DNA of 29,465 nt from a virus: positions 1 to 29,465 of IMG/VR virus record IMGVR_UViG_3300023281_000789. One strand, 5' to 3'. Of this stretch, positions 15,138 through 22,889 are shown one piece after another (the first letter of the stretch is position 1; each line of letters opens with the position of its first letter). Position numbers and translations under genes: made by a program. The notes under the pieces were generated by a model that made no database searches, was not told the DNA's origin, and saw nothing but the letters and a program-made list of their open reading frames with translations.

Positions 15138-15850
15138 GAGATGAAGAACTATTAGGACATATCAAAGAAAGAATAACAAAGAATCCTTACTACTACCAAA
15201 TAAAAGATGAGACAGATAGACAAACTATCATCAACGATTTATTTATTAATGTATGGGAAAAGATTCAAAAAGGTGAGATGATACCTAAGTGGGAAGAAAT
15301 AAAGGGTTATGTATTTATATCTGGAAGAAATAATTGTTTAAAGTATCTAAGAGATAAACAAAGACATACCAATACGTCCGTAGACATAGATATAAGTGAT
15401 TCTAACAACTTTAGATACGATGATGGTACAGATACTATGGAATACTTCAATAGACAAGAGGAGATGTTAGAATTCTTAAATAATAATATTGACGAAGGTA
15501 TAGATAAAGTATTATTTGATTTAAGAAGAGAAGGTATGACTCTACCAGAGATATCAGAATACCTCAATATGGACTTATATCAATTGGAAAAGATTAACCG
15601 TACTGTTATAAGATATCTAAGAAGCAGATGGTTTTATCCAGATTGGAAGAATAGAAAAGGTAAATGGGGTGATGGTAATGATTTTTTCTATAGAGTTTTT
15701 GATACATATAAGAATACGGAAAAAGATTATACTGTAAAAGCAAGAATATGTGAAGATATAGATATCAAACAGAACTCTATTAATAACCATATAGGCAACG
15801 GTAAACTAATAAAAGGAAGATATTATGTAAAAATTATAAAAAAAAAGTAA
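15134..15850 (+). CDS. Sigma-70/ECF-like factor with a C-terminal NUMOD1-like extension
   Basis: Region-2-like DLFINVWEKIQ...GYVFISGRNNCLKYLRDKQRH. Region-4-like VLFDLRREGMTLPEISEYLNMDLYQLEKINRTVIRYLRS. The extra ~70 aa, YRVFD...YTVKARICEDIDIKQNSINNHIGNGKLIKGRYYVK, resemble NUMOD1/IENR1 HTH modules of homing endonucleases. Confidence 0.6.
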   Translation: MRDEELLGHIKERITKNPYYYQIKDETDRQTIINDLFINVWEKIQKGEMIPKWEEIKGYVFISGRNNCLKYLRDKQRHTNTSVDIDISDSNNFRYDDGTDTMEYFNRQEEMLEFLNNNIDEGIDKVLFDLRREGMTLPEISEYLNMDLYQLEKINRTVIRYLRSRWFYPDWKNRKGKWGDGNDFFYRVFDTYKNTEKDYTVKARICEDIDIKQNSINNHIGNGKLIKGRYYVKIIKKK

Positions 15851-15860
15851 AATAAATCAG

Positions 15861-15886
15861 ACTTTTAAAAATTTCTACATATTTAT
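15861..15886 (+). promoter_or_regulatory. Class II element copy a (ACTTTTAAAAATTTCTACATATTTAT)
   Basis: 23/26 identical to 15975-16000. It is followed by TATAAT (15886-15891) and lies between the sigma gene stop and terminator 15918-15953. Confidence 0.5.
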
Positions 15887-15917
15887 ATAATGAGTTTAAT
15901 AAATTTATGTTAAGAGA

Positions 15918-15953
15918 CCCCTAAGATTTCCCATTTTTCTTAGGGGTTTTGTT
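15918..15953 (+). terminator. Rho-independent terminator
   Basis: cccctaag-13 nt-cttagggg followed by ttttgtt. Confidence 0.8.
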
Positions 15954-15974
15954 ATTAATTTAAAGTTTTTTTGA

Positions 15975-16000
15975 ACTTTTGGAAATTACTACATATTTAT
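15975..16000 (+). promoter_or_regulatory. Class II element copy b (ACTTTTGGAAATTACTACATATTTAT)
   Basis: Contains TTTG, a Bacteroidota -33-like element. It is followed by TAGTATAAT and lies 35 nt upstream of ATG 16035. Confidence 0.5.
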
Positions 16001-16034
16001 TAGTATAATAACATAAATTAAAACACACACAACA

Positions 16035-16496
16035 ATGGGTACAACATTTAAAGAGTACGAAACAAGAGAAAGAAAATTTATGGATTGGTACATCAATATG
16101 AAACCAGAACATAAAATGGAAGAAGAGTCAGAGATTGGTTCATTCAAAAGAAATGATTTTATAATGATGAGTGGTAACTCATACGTAATGGGAGAAGTAA
16201 AGGTAAGAACATTCGACCACGATAAGTATCCAACCGCAGTTATAGAGTTAGATAAGGTGAACGCACTGATGGAACTATTCCAACCATATAATCAAATGGG
16301 TAAAGACGTTAACAAATTATATTACTACGCAGCGTATCCGATGAGTCGTAAAGTCCTAATATTTGACATTATAAAGACTCCTACGACACTTTCATACGAA
16401 TGGTGTCCTATCGCTACCGCTGGACCGAATAGAGGTAGTAAATGGAAAGCGATGGTAAACTATAAAATTGAAGACGCTATAGTATTAGAATATTAA
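16035..16496 (+). CDS. PD-(D/E)xK-like nuclease (candidate)
   Basis: 153 aa. An N-terminal acidic helix, then NDFIMMSG...VMGEVKVRT, gives a D...(E)xK arrangement typical of the restriction-endonuclease fold. Confidence 0.4.
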   Translation: MGTTFKEYETRERKFMDWYINMKPEHKMEEESEIGSFKRNDFIMMSGNSYVMGEVKVRTFDHDKYPTAVIELDKVNALMELFQPYNQMGKDVNKLYYYAAYPMSRKVLIFDIIKTPTTLSYEWCPIATAGPNRGSKWKAMVNYKIEDAIVLEY

Positions 16497-16522
16497 TAAC
16501 AACTAAAATAAAAAAAGGAAAA

Positions 16523-16762
16523 ATGACAAAAGAAGAAGTAGTAAATTTAACAAAACAAGTATCAACATTAAACTCATTATTAACATCAACGTTAGTAAGA
16601 ATGAAAAAAGGTGAAGAGATATTCATAGAGGATATTGATGTATTGACAGATGAAGTAGAGAAATTAGATGAAGAGATATCATACACCAAATATCTAATGT
16701 TTAGATACAATGAGATTGAAGGGGAAGACATAACCATAAAAAAACAACAATTAAATGATTAA
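16523..16762 (+). CDS. Hypothetical early protein
   Basis: 79-aa helical acidic ORF. It overlaps the next gene by 8 nt. Confidence 0.5.
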   Translation: MTKEEVVNLTKQVSTLNSLLTSTLVRMKKGEEIFIEDIDVLTDEVEKLDEEISYTKYLMFRYNEIEGEDITIKKQQLND

Positions 16763-17279
16763 TGATGAATTTGAAGACCACATAGACAAGATATTGGCTA
16801 AGTGGGTAGAAATAGACGAACAGATGAAAGAGTATACAAGTAAATATAGAGATGAACATTGGGAGAGTTTGATACAAAAACACCTCAATGGTAAGGATAT
16901 GTCAGATGACTTATATAACTTCCTTAGAGATGAATTAAATGATGTCTTTGATAGATGTCATTTAAAATATAATATGATGAATCTATTTGAATTGGAAGCA
17001 GATGAATTAGAGAAGTCACACGATAAGTCAATAGATATATTATACAACCTACTGACAAAGGTGACAACAACATTAGTAATATTCAATAAGATGGAGAAAT
17101 ATGAAGAGTCCAAAGTATTACATACACAGTTAAAAGATTTATATATATTGATTAATTGTGGAATTTCTTTGGAATATACCTCACCAAAACTATTAACAAA
17201 AGAGTTTTATCAATTGTTTGAGAACACTACAGATGTAATAACTGAAACAAAATACTTTAAAGATTATATAAATAAATAA
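16755..17279 (+). CDS. Hypothetical acidic early protein
   Basis: 174-aa ORF, D/E-rich and helical. No motif recognised. Confidence 0.55.
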   Translation: MINDEFEDHIDKILAKWVEIDEQMKEYTSKYRDEHWESLIQKHLNGKDMSDDLYNFLRDELNDVFDRCHLKYNMMNLFELEADELEKSHDKSIDILYNLLTKVTTTLVIFNKMEKYEESKVLHTQLKDLYILINCGISLEYTSPKLLTKEFYQLFENTTDVITETKYFKDYINK

Positions 17280-17283
17280 AAGA

Positions 17284-17838
17284 ATGGAATTAACTATAGA
17301 AAAGAGAGAAGTGAAAATAAACGACATACTTAAAGAGATTACAACGGAGGGTACCATATGGGATGAGATTATTGAGAATATAATACATCCCAATTCTCAT
17401 TTAAAACCAGAACTAATAAGTGAGATATCATTAGGATACTTAGAAAATAAAGAAAAGATAGAGGGAGTATGGGAAAAAGGATATTTCAAATATTACTTCA
17501 TTAAGACGGTTACAAACCAAATAAGGAGTAAGACATCCAGTTTTCATAAAAACATCCGTATAACTGATTATAGTACCTTTGACGATGGTGTAGACATTAT
17601 GGATGAAAGTAATAATGATGATATACTACAGAAGATAGAAAAAGAACATAAATTAGGTACAATAAAACATATACTAAATAGATTACCAATCAGCTGGTTT
17701 GAACATCAGATGTTTAATGAGTATTATTTCAACAATAGAACATATAGGAATATAGAGGAAGAATATAGTTTAGACCACGTATTAGTATGGAAAACAGTAA
17801 AGAAGGTAAGGGAGATGGTAATAAATGAATTAAAATAA
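17284..17838 (+). CDS. Second sigma-70/ECF-like factor
   Basis: Region-2-like GYFKYYFIKTVTNQIRSKTSSFHKNIR. Region-4-like LPISWFEHQMFNEYYFNNRTYRNIEEEYSLDHVLVWKTVKKVREMV. Confidence 0.5.
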   Translation: MELTIEKREVKINDILKEITTEGTIWDEIIENIIHPNSHLKPELISEISLGYLENKEKIEGVWEKGYFKYYFIKTVTNQIRSKTSSFHKNIRITDYSTFDDGVDIMDESNNDDILQKIEKEHKLGTIKHILNRLPISWFEHQMFNEYYFNNRTYRNIEEEYSLDHVLVWKTVKKVREMVINELK

Positions 17839-17843
17839 GGAAA

Positions 17844-18956
17844 ATGATTATAGAAGAGATTATAGAGTATAAAGATGATTTAGTAAGATGGTATGATTCA
17901 ATAGAGAATATCGTTGATTATTTCATTTATAAAAAAGAAGAAAAGGTAGAGAACCTAAATAACTTACATATTGGTAAAGATATGTTTAATGATTGGACAA
18001 TGGAACCAAAGGATATGGATATTAGTATAGAAGTAACTGATGGTAGTTTTCATAACCTACATACCCAAACAGTATGTTCAATGCCATTGGAATCACAAAT
18101 AGGTAGACAAGTTAATATAGGGATAAAAGAAAACAAAACTGGTAAATGGTTAGGGTTTACGAGAATAGCGTCACCAATATTAAGTATCAGACCTCGTAAT
18201 GAGATGTTTGGACAACAAGTAGATAATAAATTAGTTAATCAACATATGGTGAATGGATGTCAAATCATTCCTGTACAACCATTTGGATATAATTGTTTAG
18301 GAGGTAAGTTAATTGGTTTAATAAGTAATTCACACGAAGTAAGAGATATCTACAATAAGAAGTATAATACTAATGTTATACATTGGGAAACTACTTCACT
18401 ATATGGTGATATAAAGAACGTAAGTCAATACGATGGATTAAAACCATTTATTAGATATATAGGAATGACAGAGAGTAATAACTTTCTATTCCCTACCAAT
18501 AAGGTATATTATCCACTCTTAGACGCTTTCAGAGAATATTATGGTATGGAGGAATGGGATGGACGTTTAGTTAGTCCTAAAGGAAGTGGTCCTAAGATGA
18601 GAGAGTTTACAAAAGTGATATCAATTATAAAGTCAAATCTTAAACAATGGGATGAAGAACAATATAATGAGTTCCATAAATTCACAAAAGAGAAAATGAA
18701 GTCATTTACCAAAAAACGTTTCTATTACTCTAATTATGGATATGAGAATGTTATAGAACATATAACAAAAGGTGAAGAACTAAGAGAAGGACAGAACTTC
18801 CATAAACATAAATTAGATTATATAATAGAATGGTGGAAGAAGAAAGCACAGAAGAGATGGGAGAAACTAAATAGAGAAGGTAGAATAAGAACTGAATTAG
18901 AGATATATACCAAAGATACGGTAATGAATAAAGATAGAAACGATATAATAAGATAA
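17844..18956 (+). CDS. GNAT-like / DUF4338-like protein (candidate)
   Basis: 370 aa. IIPVQPFGYNCLGGKLIGLISNSHEVRDIYNKKYNTNVIHWETTSLYGD...YDGLKPFIRYIGMTES resembles, from memory, the P.v..NL.S..L ... Y ... ETFVd ... Y.a.nW...G.T.G core of DUF4338 (DruA-type) proteins. Confidence 0.35.
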   Translation: MIIEEIIEYKDDLVRWYDSIENIVDYFIYKKEEKVENLNNLHIGKDMFNDWTMEPKDMDISIEVTDGSFHNLHTQTVCSMPLESQIGRQVNIGIKENKTGKWLGFTRIASPILSIRPRNEMFGQQVDNKLVNQHMVNGCQIIPVQPFGYNCLGGKLIGLISNSHEVRDIYNKKYNTNVIHWETTSLYGDIKNVSQYDGLKPFIRYIGMTESNNFLFPTNKVYYPLLDAFREYYGMEEWDGRLVSPKGSGPKMREFTKVISIIKSNLKQWDEEQYNEFHKFTKEKMKSFTKKRFYYSNYGYENVIEHITKGEELREGQNFHKHKLDYIIEWWKKKAQKRWEKLNREGRIRTELEIYTKDTVMNKDRNDIIR

Positions 18957-19141
18957 TGGAAGATAAAGAAAGAAATACAAAGATAATCTCAATCATAATG
19001 TTGGTTGGGATTCTTTACATTCTATGGGGTAATGTAAAATATAAAGAAACGATAAACCAAATGGAACTCCAGTTACAAGACACAGAACAAAAATATATTG
19101 ATATTCAACATAAAATAGACAGTATCAAAACAAAACTATAA
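18956..19141 (+). CDS. Single-pass membrane protein with coiled-coil tail
   Basis: 61 aa with TM segment IISIIMLVGILYILWG followed by a Q/E/K-rich helix. ATGG/TAATG-type coupling to the upstream gene. Confidence 0.5.
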   Translation: MEDKERNTKIISIIMLVGILYILWGNVKYKETINQMELQLQDTEQKYIDIQHKIDSIKTKL

Positions 19142-19171
19142 AATTTATATTTAATAATAAACTATATAACA

Positions 19172-19456
19172 ATGGAAATAAACGATTATAAAGAATCACA
19201 AAGATTATTCTCTTTAAGTAGATTTACTAAAGAAGACGCTTTCTCATTACAGACACTAATGAATAAGTATGTTGATAAACATTGTGTAGTGTGTGGTAAG
19301 TGTAGAGGACAAATAAGGTTCACCATTAAGAGATATAAGAATTGGTTTAACCATAACAATATCACTGTAGACGAAGTAAAAGAGACTAAAGGTACTTGTA
19401 CAGAGTGTGGTACTAAACTAAACGATAAGAGACGAAAGAAGTGTAAAGACTGTTAA
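19172..19456 (+). CDS. Zinc-ribbon protein
   Basis: 94 aa with CVVCGKC and CTECG...CKDC Cys pairs. It lies directly upstream of TerS. Confidence 0.5.
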   Translation: MEINDYKESQRLFSLSRFTKEDAFSLQTLMNKYVDKHCVVCGKCRGQIRFTIKRYKNWFNHNNITVDEVKETKGTCTECGTKLNDKRRKKCKDC

Positions 19457-19457
19457 G

Positions 19458-19844
19458 ATGACATTGAAACAACGACAATTTATTAAAGAATACTTAGGTA
19501 ATGGTGGTAACGCTACACAAGCGGCCATCGTATCTGGTTACAGTAAAAAGACTGCGTATTCGAGTGGACAACGGTTGTTGAAACAGGTTGAAATCAAAAA
19601 ACAGATAGATGAACATCAACAAAGACTTCTTAAAGACTCAGATACAAAGGTTACGGATTTATTAAATATATTGAAAGAGATTACGGAAAACGAAATGGAA
19701 AGACGACCTACCGCATCAATCAAAGCCATAGAGGTGATGTGTAAAATATTAGGTTTAAACGCCACAGAGAAACAGGAAATCACTCATCAGTATCAACCCT
19801 TATTCGGACCGAAGAAAGATGATAAGGATGGAGGAACAAAATAA
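19458..19844 (+). CDS. terS: Terminase small subunit (Terminase_2 / P27-type)
   Basis: LKQRQFIKEYLGNGGNATQAAIVSGYSKKTAYSSGQRLLKQVEIKKQI is the classic N-terminal HTH signature of this family. It overlaps TerL. Confidence 0.85.
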   Translation: MTLKQRQFIKEYLGNGGNATQAAIVSGYSKKTAYSSGQRLLKQVEIKKQIDEHQQRLLKDSDTKVTDLLNILKEITENEMERRPTASIKAIEVMCKILGLNATEKQEITHQYQPLFGPKKDDKDGGTK

Positions 19845-21015
19845 ATTCGTCTATACAACCGCTATAGATAAAATCAGAGATTTAAGTAAGAGAAAAAAAA
19901 TTATACAAGGAGGAACATCCGCTGGTAAAACTTTCGGTATTCTCCCCATTCTCATAGACAGAGCCATCAAAGAACCAAACTTAGAGATAAGTATAGTATC
20001 AGAGAGTGTCCCTCACCTCCGTAGAGGATGTCTCAAAGACTTTCTAAAGATAATGGAACTAACCCATAGGTTTAACTCAGAAGACTTTAATAAGACACAT
20101 TTAAAATATAAATTTCATAATGGGAGTTATATAGAATTTTTTAGTGTTGATGATGAATCCAAACTCAGAGGGGCGAGAAGAAATATTCTCTATATCAATG
20201 AAGCGAACAATGTATCCTATGAAGCGTACCTACAATTATCTATTCGTACCAACAAAGATATCTATATCGATTTCAACCCTACCCATAGATTTTGGGCACA
20301 CAATGAAGTATTAAAGGAAGAGGATTCAGAGTTACTCATTCTTACCTATTTGGATAATGAGGCGTTAGACCCTCAGATAGTTAAACAATTAGAGATAAAC
20401 AGAGATAAAGGTATTACATCAAATTATTGGTACAACTGGTGGAAAGTTTATGGTGAAGGTTCTATCGGGACTTTAGAGGGCGTCATCTTTGATGATTGGA
20501 ATGAGGTAGATAAGATACCTATGGACGCTAAACTAATTTGTTATGGAATGGATTTTGGGTTTACCAACGACCCCAGTTCCCTTATTGGTTTGTATAAGTA
20601 TAACGATGAATTAATTATCGATGAGGTATTCTATAGGAAAGGGTTGTTAAACTCCGACATATCGAATATAATGAAGTCTGAGGGGATTGTAGGAGAAGTG
20701 TTCGCTGATAGTAGTGAACCTAAATCTATACAAGAGTTAAAAAGGTACGGACATAATGTTAAACCTGTAACCAAAGGTAAGGATAGTATTATCTTTGGAA
20801 TTAATATCTTACAACAATACCCCCTTAAGATAACTAAACGTTCTGTAAATCTTAAAGATGAATTAACCAAATATAACTGGAAGAAAGATAAAGAGGGTAA
20901 TACACTTAATGTTCCAATCGATTCACACAATCACGCTATTGACGCTATGAGGTATGGAGCGATGATGAAGTTAGGTAAGAGAACCACAGGTACACGTCCA
21001 TTTAGAATTGGATAA
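19819..21015 (+). CDS. terL: Terminase large subunit (PBSX/Terminase_3-like)
   Basis: Walker A-like IQGGTSAGKTFGILP, Walker B-like ILYINEAN, and a C-terminal nuclease block MDFGFTNDPSS ... DSHNHAIDAMRY. An alternative start is at ATG 19828. Confidence 0.9.
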   Translation: MIRMEEQNKFVYTTAIDKIRDLSKRKKIIQGGTSAGKTFGILPILIDRAIKEPNLEISIVSESVPHLRRGCLKDFLKIMELTHRFNSEDFNKTHLKYKFHNGSYIEFFSVDDESKLRGARRNILYINEANNVSYEAYLQLSIRTNKDIYIDFNPTHRFWAHNEVLKEEDSELLILTYLDNEALDPQIVKQLEINRDKGITSNYWYNWWKVYGEGSIGTLEGVIFDDWNEVDKIPMDAKLICYGMDFGFTNDPSSLIGLYKYNDELIIDEVFYRKGLLNSDISNIMKSEGIVGEVFADSSEPKSIQELKRYGHNVKPVTKGKDSIIFGINILQQYPLKITKRSVNLKDELTKYNWKKDKEGNTLNVPIDSHNHAIDAMRYGAMMKLGKRTTGTRPFRIG

Positions 21016-21031
21016 TCCTACACACTATAAT
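21014..21031 (+). promoter_or_regulatory. Class I element AATCCTACACACTATAAT (plus orientation); extended 36-bp copy at 21014-21049
   Basis: Starts inside the TerL stop codon. It lies 64 nt upstream of ATG 21096. Confidence 0.65.
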
Positions 21032-21067
21032 GAAGAAGAAGAATAGGTAGAAACATAAATAGGATAA

Positions 21068-21084
21068 TAATATTTATAATAAAA
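21068..21084 (+). promoter_or_regulatory. Class III element TAATATTTATAATAAAA
   Basis: 17/17 identical to 27404-27420. It ends 11 nt before ATG 21096. Confidence 0.5.
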
Positions 21085-21095
21085 GGAAAAGACAT

Positions 21096-21695
21096 ATGAT
21101 AAAAGTAAATTTTAATATTGATGATGATACACAATCATTCAATGTCCCAGAGAATTGGGATGAGGTTACTGTAGAACAATTTATGGAATTAGTAGAATTA
21201 CAGAACAACGCTAAAGAAGAGAAGAACCCTCTTAACACCGTTATAAAGATGACACATATAATGACAGGTATACCAATGGACATCATAGAGATGGTACCAG
21301 TAGACCAATTTCATTTAATACAAGATACTCTATTGTATACCAAAGAAGAGGTGAATATAGAGAAGAGTGATTATGTAGAGATAGATGGTGATACGTATTG
21401 GGTTAAGAATGATTTTAATAAATTAACAATGGGTGAAACGATTACGATTGAAACATTGATTAAGGACACCCCTAATGAGAACGTTATGAATGTGTTCGAT
21501 AAATTATTAACAGTCTTTTTAAGAAAGAAAACTAAAAAGGGTAATTTAGAATCCTTTAAATCTTCATTCTTAGAAGAGAGAGTAGAGGTATTTAGGAGGT
21601 TACCAATATCACAGGTATACGCCATTATGGTTTTTTTTTCAGATGGCGGGAATGGATTAGAGGTTCCTACAAATCATTATTCGGAAAACCAATAA
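21096..21695 (+). CDS. Tail assembly chaperone, short (G-like) form
   Basis: 199 aa. YVEIDGDTYWVKNDFNKLTMGETITIE resembles the v.i.G..y.l....n core of TAC proteins. It contains a T9 slippery tract 19 codons before its stop. Confidence 0.55.
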   Translation: MIKVNFNIDDDTQSFNVPENWDEVTVEQFMELVELQNNAKEEKNPLNTVIKMTHIMTGIPMDIIEMVPVDQFHLIQDTLLYTKEEVNIEKSDYVEIDGDTYWVKNDFNKLTMGETITIETLIKDTPNENVMNVFDKLLTVFLRKKTKKGNLESFKSSFLEERVEVFRRLPISQVYAIMVFFSDGGNGLEVPTNHYSENQ

Positions 21696-21916
21696 TAACA
21701 AAGAAGAAAAAAAGTAGATTTGATAGTATAACAGGACCGACAGAATTAAACGCACAATTCAAATGGCATAAGATTATTCATCTTCTCATCAAAGAACTAA
21801 ATTGTACAGATGAGGACATATATGAAAAGAATTATATAAGTTGTTTAAATTGGTTGGCGTACCTACACGAAGATTCAAAGGTTAGAGAAACATTAATGAA
21901 ACAAAAAACAAGATAG
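21096..21916 (+). CDS. Predicted -1 frameshift fusion (GT-like long form, ~273 aa)
   Basis: The -1 frame is open from 21596 (after TAG 21593-21595) to TAG 21914-21916 and has no usable start codon. It fills the otherwise ORF-free 223-nt gap 21696-21918. Confidence 0.55.
21631..21639 (+). other. T9 slippery tract (candidate -1 frameshift or transcriptional slippage site)
   Basis: g-ttttttttt-c is read as GTT TTT TTT TCA in frame 0. T TTT TTT fits the X XXY YYZ heptamer. Confidence 0.7.
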
Positions 21917-21918
21917 AT

Positions 21919-22422
21919 ATGGCGTTAAGTGGAACCACAAAGATAGTAACAATGAATGAACTGATAAAGAAGTTTGATACCTTCTCTCAGAATCATCAAC
22001 AATTAAAAGATTTCGGATACGGACCTACATCAGAAATAGGGGTATCTCGTAAAATGGATTTCCCTTATATGTGGATTACACATAGAGGACCTTCTACTAT
22101 TGTAGTATCCAACAAAGCACAGATACCAGAGATGTCATTAACATTTATCATAGTAGACCAAATAAACTCTCAGAAGAATTATTTGGATGAGAATGGATTA
22201 GATAGTGATAACCAACAAGAAATCATCTCAGATTGTTTTCAGATAGTACAAGACCTCATCAATTACATCTCCTCTCAGTTAGGGGTACAAGGTGTTAAGT
22301 TAATGGATGAGAGTGTAACTGTTGAACCAACGTTTGATGATACAGATGATAGGGTAACTGGATGGGTAGCGGATGTACCCTTAAAACTAATACACTTTAA
22401 TTGTTCAACACCAATAGTATAA
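21919..22422 (+). CDS. Hypothetical virion (neck/tail-completion?) protein
   Basis: 167-aa ORF, TAATG-coupled to the next gene. It is located between the TAC and a gp10-like gene. Confidence 0.5.
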   Translation: MALSGTTKIVTMNELIKKFDTFSQNHQQLKDFGYGPTSEIGVSRKMDFPYMWITHRGPSTIVVSNKAQIPEMSLTFIIVDQINSQKNYLDENGLDSDNQQEIISDCFQIVQDLINYISSQLGVQGVKLMDESVTVEPTFDDTDDRVTGWVADVPLKLIHFNCSTPIV

Positions 22423-22877
22423 TGGCGAAGATAACACTATATGATAAGAAGTTGATGGATGAGTTTGGTAAGGACTATGTTAAAATCCTTATAAGGTTAC
22501 TTAAACAAAGAGGTAAATCAGCGTCAGGAGCGTTAATCAATTCAATCAGTTATAAGTTAAGGGATACCGCTGATATAATACAATACCAACTAATATCCAA
22601 TGATTACTTACAATGGGTAGACGAAGGTAGAAGACCAGGTTCATACCCACCAATGAGAGCGATATCAGATTGGGTAAGAGTAAAGGGGATTAGTAAGGAC
22701 GCAGTATTTCCGATTATGAGGAGTATATATAAATTTGGTATAGAACCAACAAACGTTATTAAAGATACAATGAAAGAGATTCAAACCTCACCAACGTTAC
22801 GGAAGAAATATGAAGAAACCTTAGTAGAACAAATGGAAAAGTTATTACAGGCGGAGTTAATAAAATTAGAACAATAA
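22422..22877 (+). CDS. HK97 gp10-like head-tail / tail-completion protein (candidate)
   Basis: SASGALINSISYKL ... YLQWVDEGRRPG ... ISDWVRVKGI resembles the tG.L..SI ... y...ve.G ... W...KG pattern of that family. I prefer ATG 22422 over the track's TTG 22401. Confidence 0.45.
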   Translation: MAKITLYDKKLMDEFGKDYVKILIRLLKQRGKSASGALINSISYKLRDTADIIQYQLISNDYLQWVDEGRRPGSYPPMRAISDWVRVKGISKDAVFPIMRSIYKFGIEPTNVIKDTMKEIQTSPTLRKKYEETLVEQMEKLLQAELIKLEQ

Positions 22878-22889
22878 AATTATAGATAG

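Noticed and set aside
1076-21049. Invertible-segment (Mu Gin / shufflon-like) interpretation of the 36-bp inverted repeats at 1076-1111 and 21014-21049.
   Set aside because: No serine or tyrosine recombinase gene is present. The segments bounded would be 9.5 or 19.9 kb and would invert whole operons relative to their promoters. The same core occurs at three other sites in a promoter-like context. I kept this only as a minor alternative, testable with long reads.
22433-22441. ACACTATAT inside the start of gene 22422-22877, considered as a possible sixth class I copy.
   Set aside because: Only an 8-nt core match. The flanks do not match (no CCTAC and no TATAAT), and it lies in coding sequence. 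A match of that length is plausible by chance in ~59 kb of two-strand AT-rich sequence.
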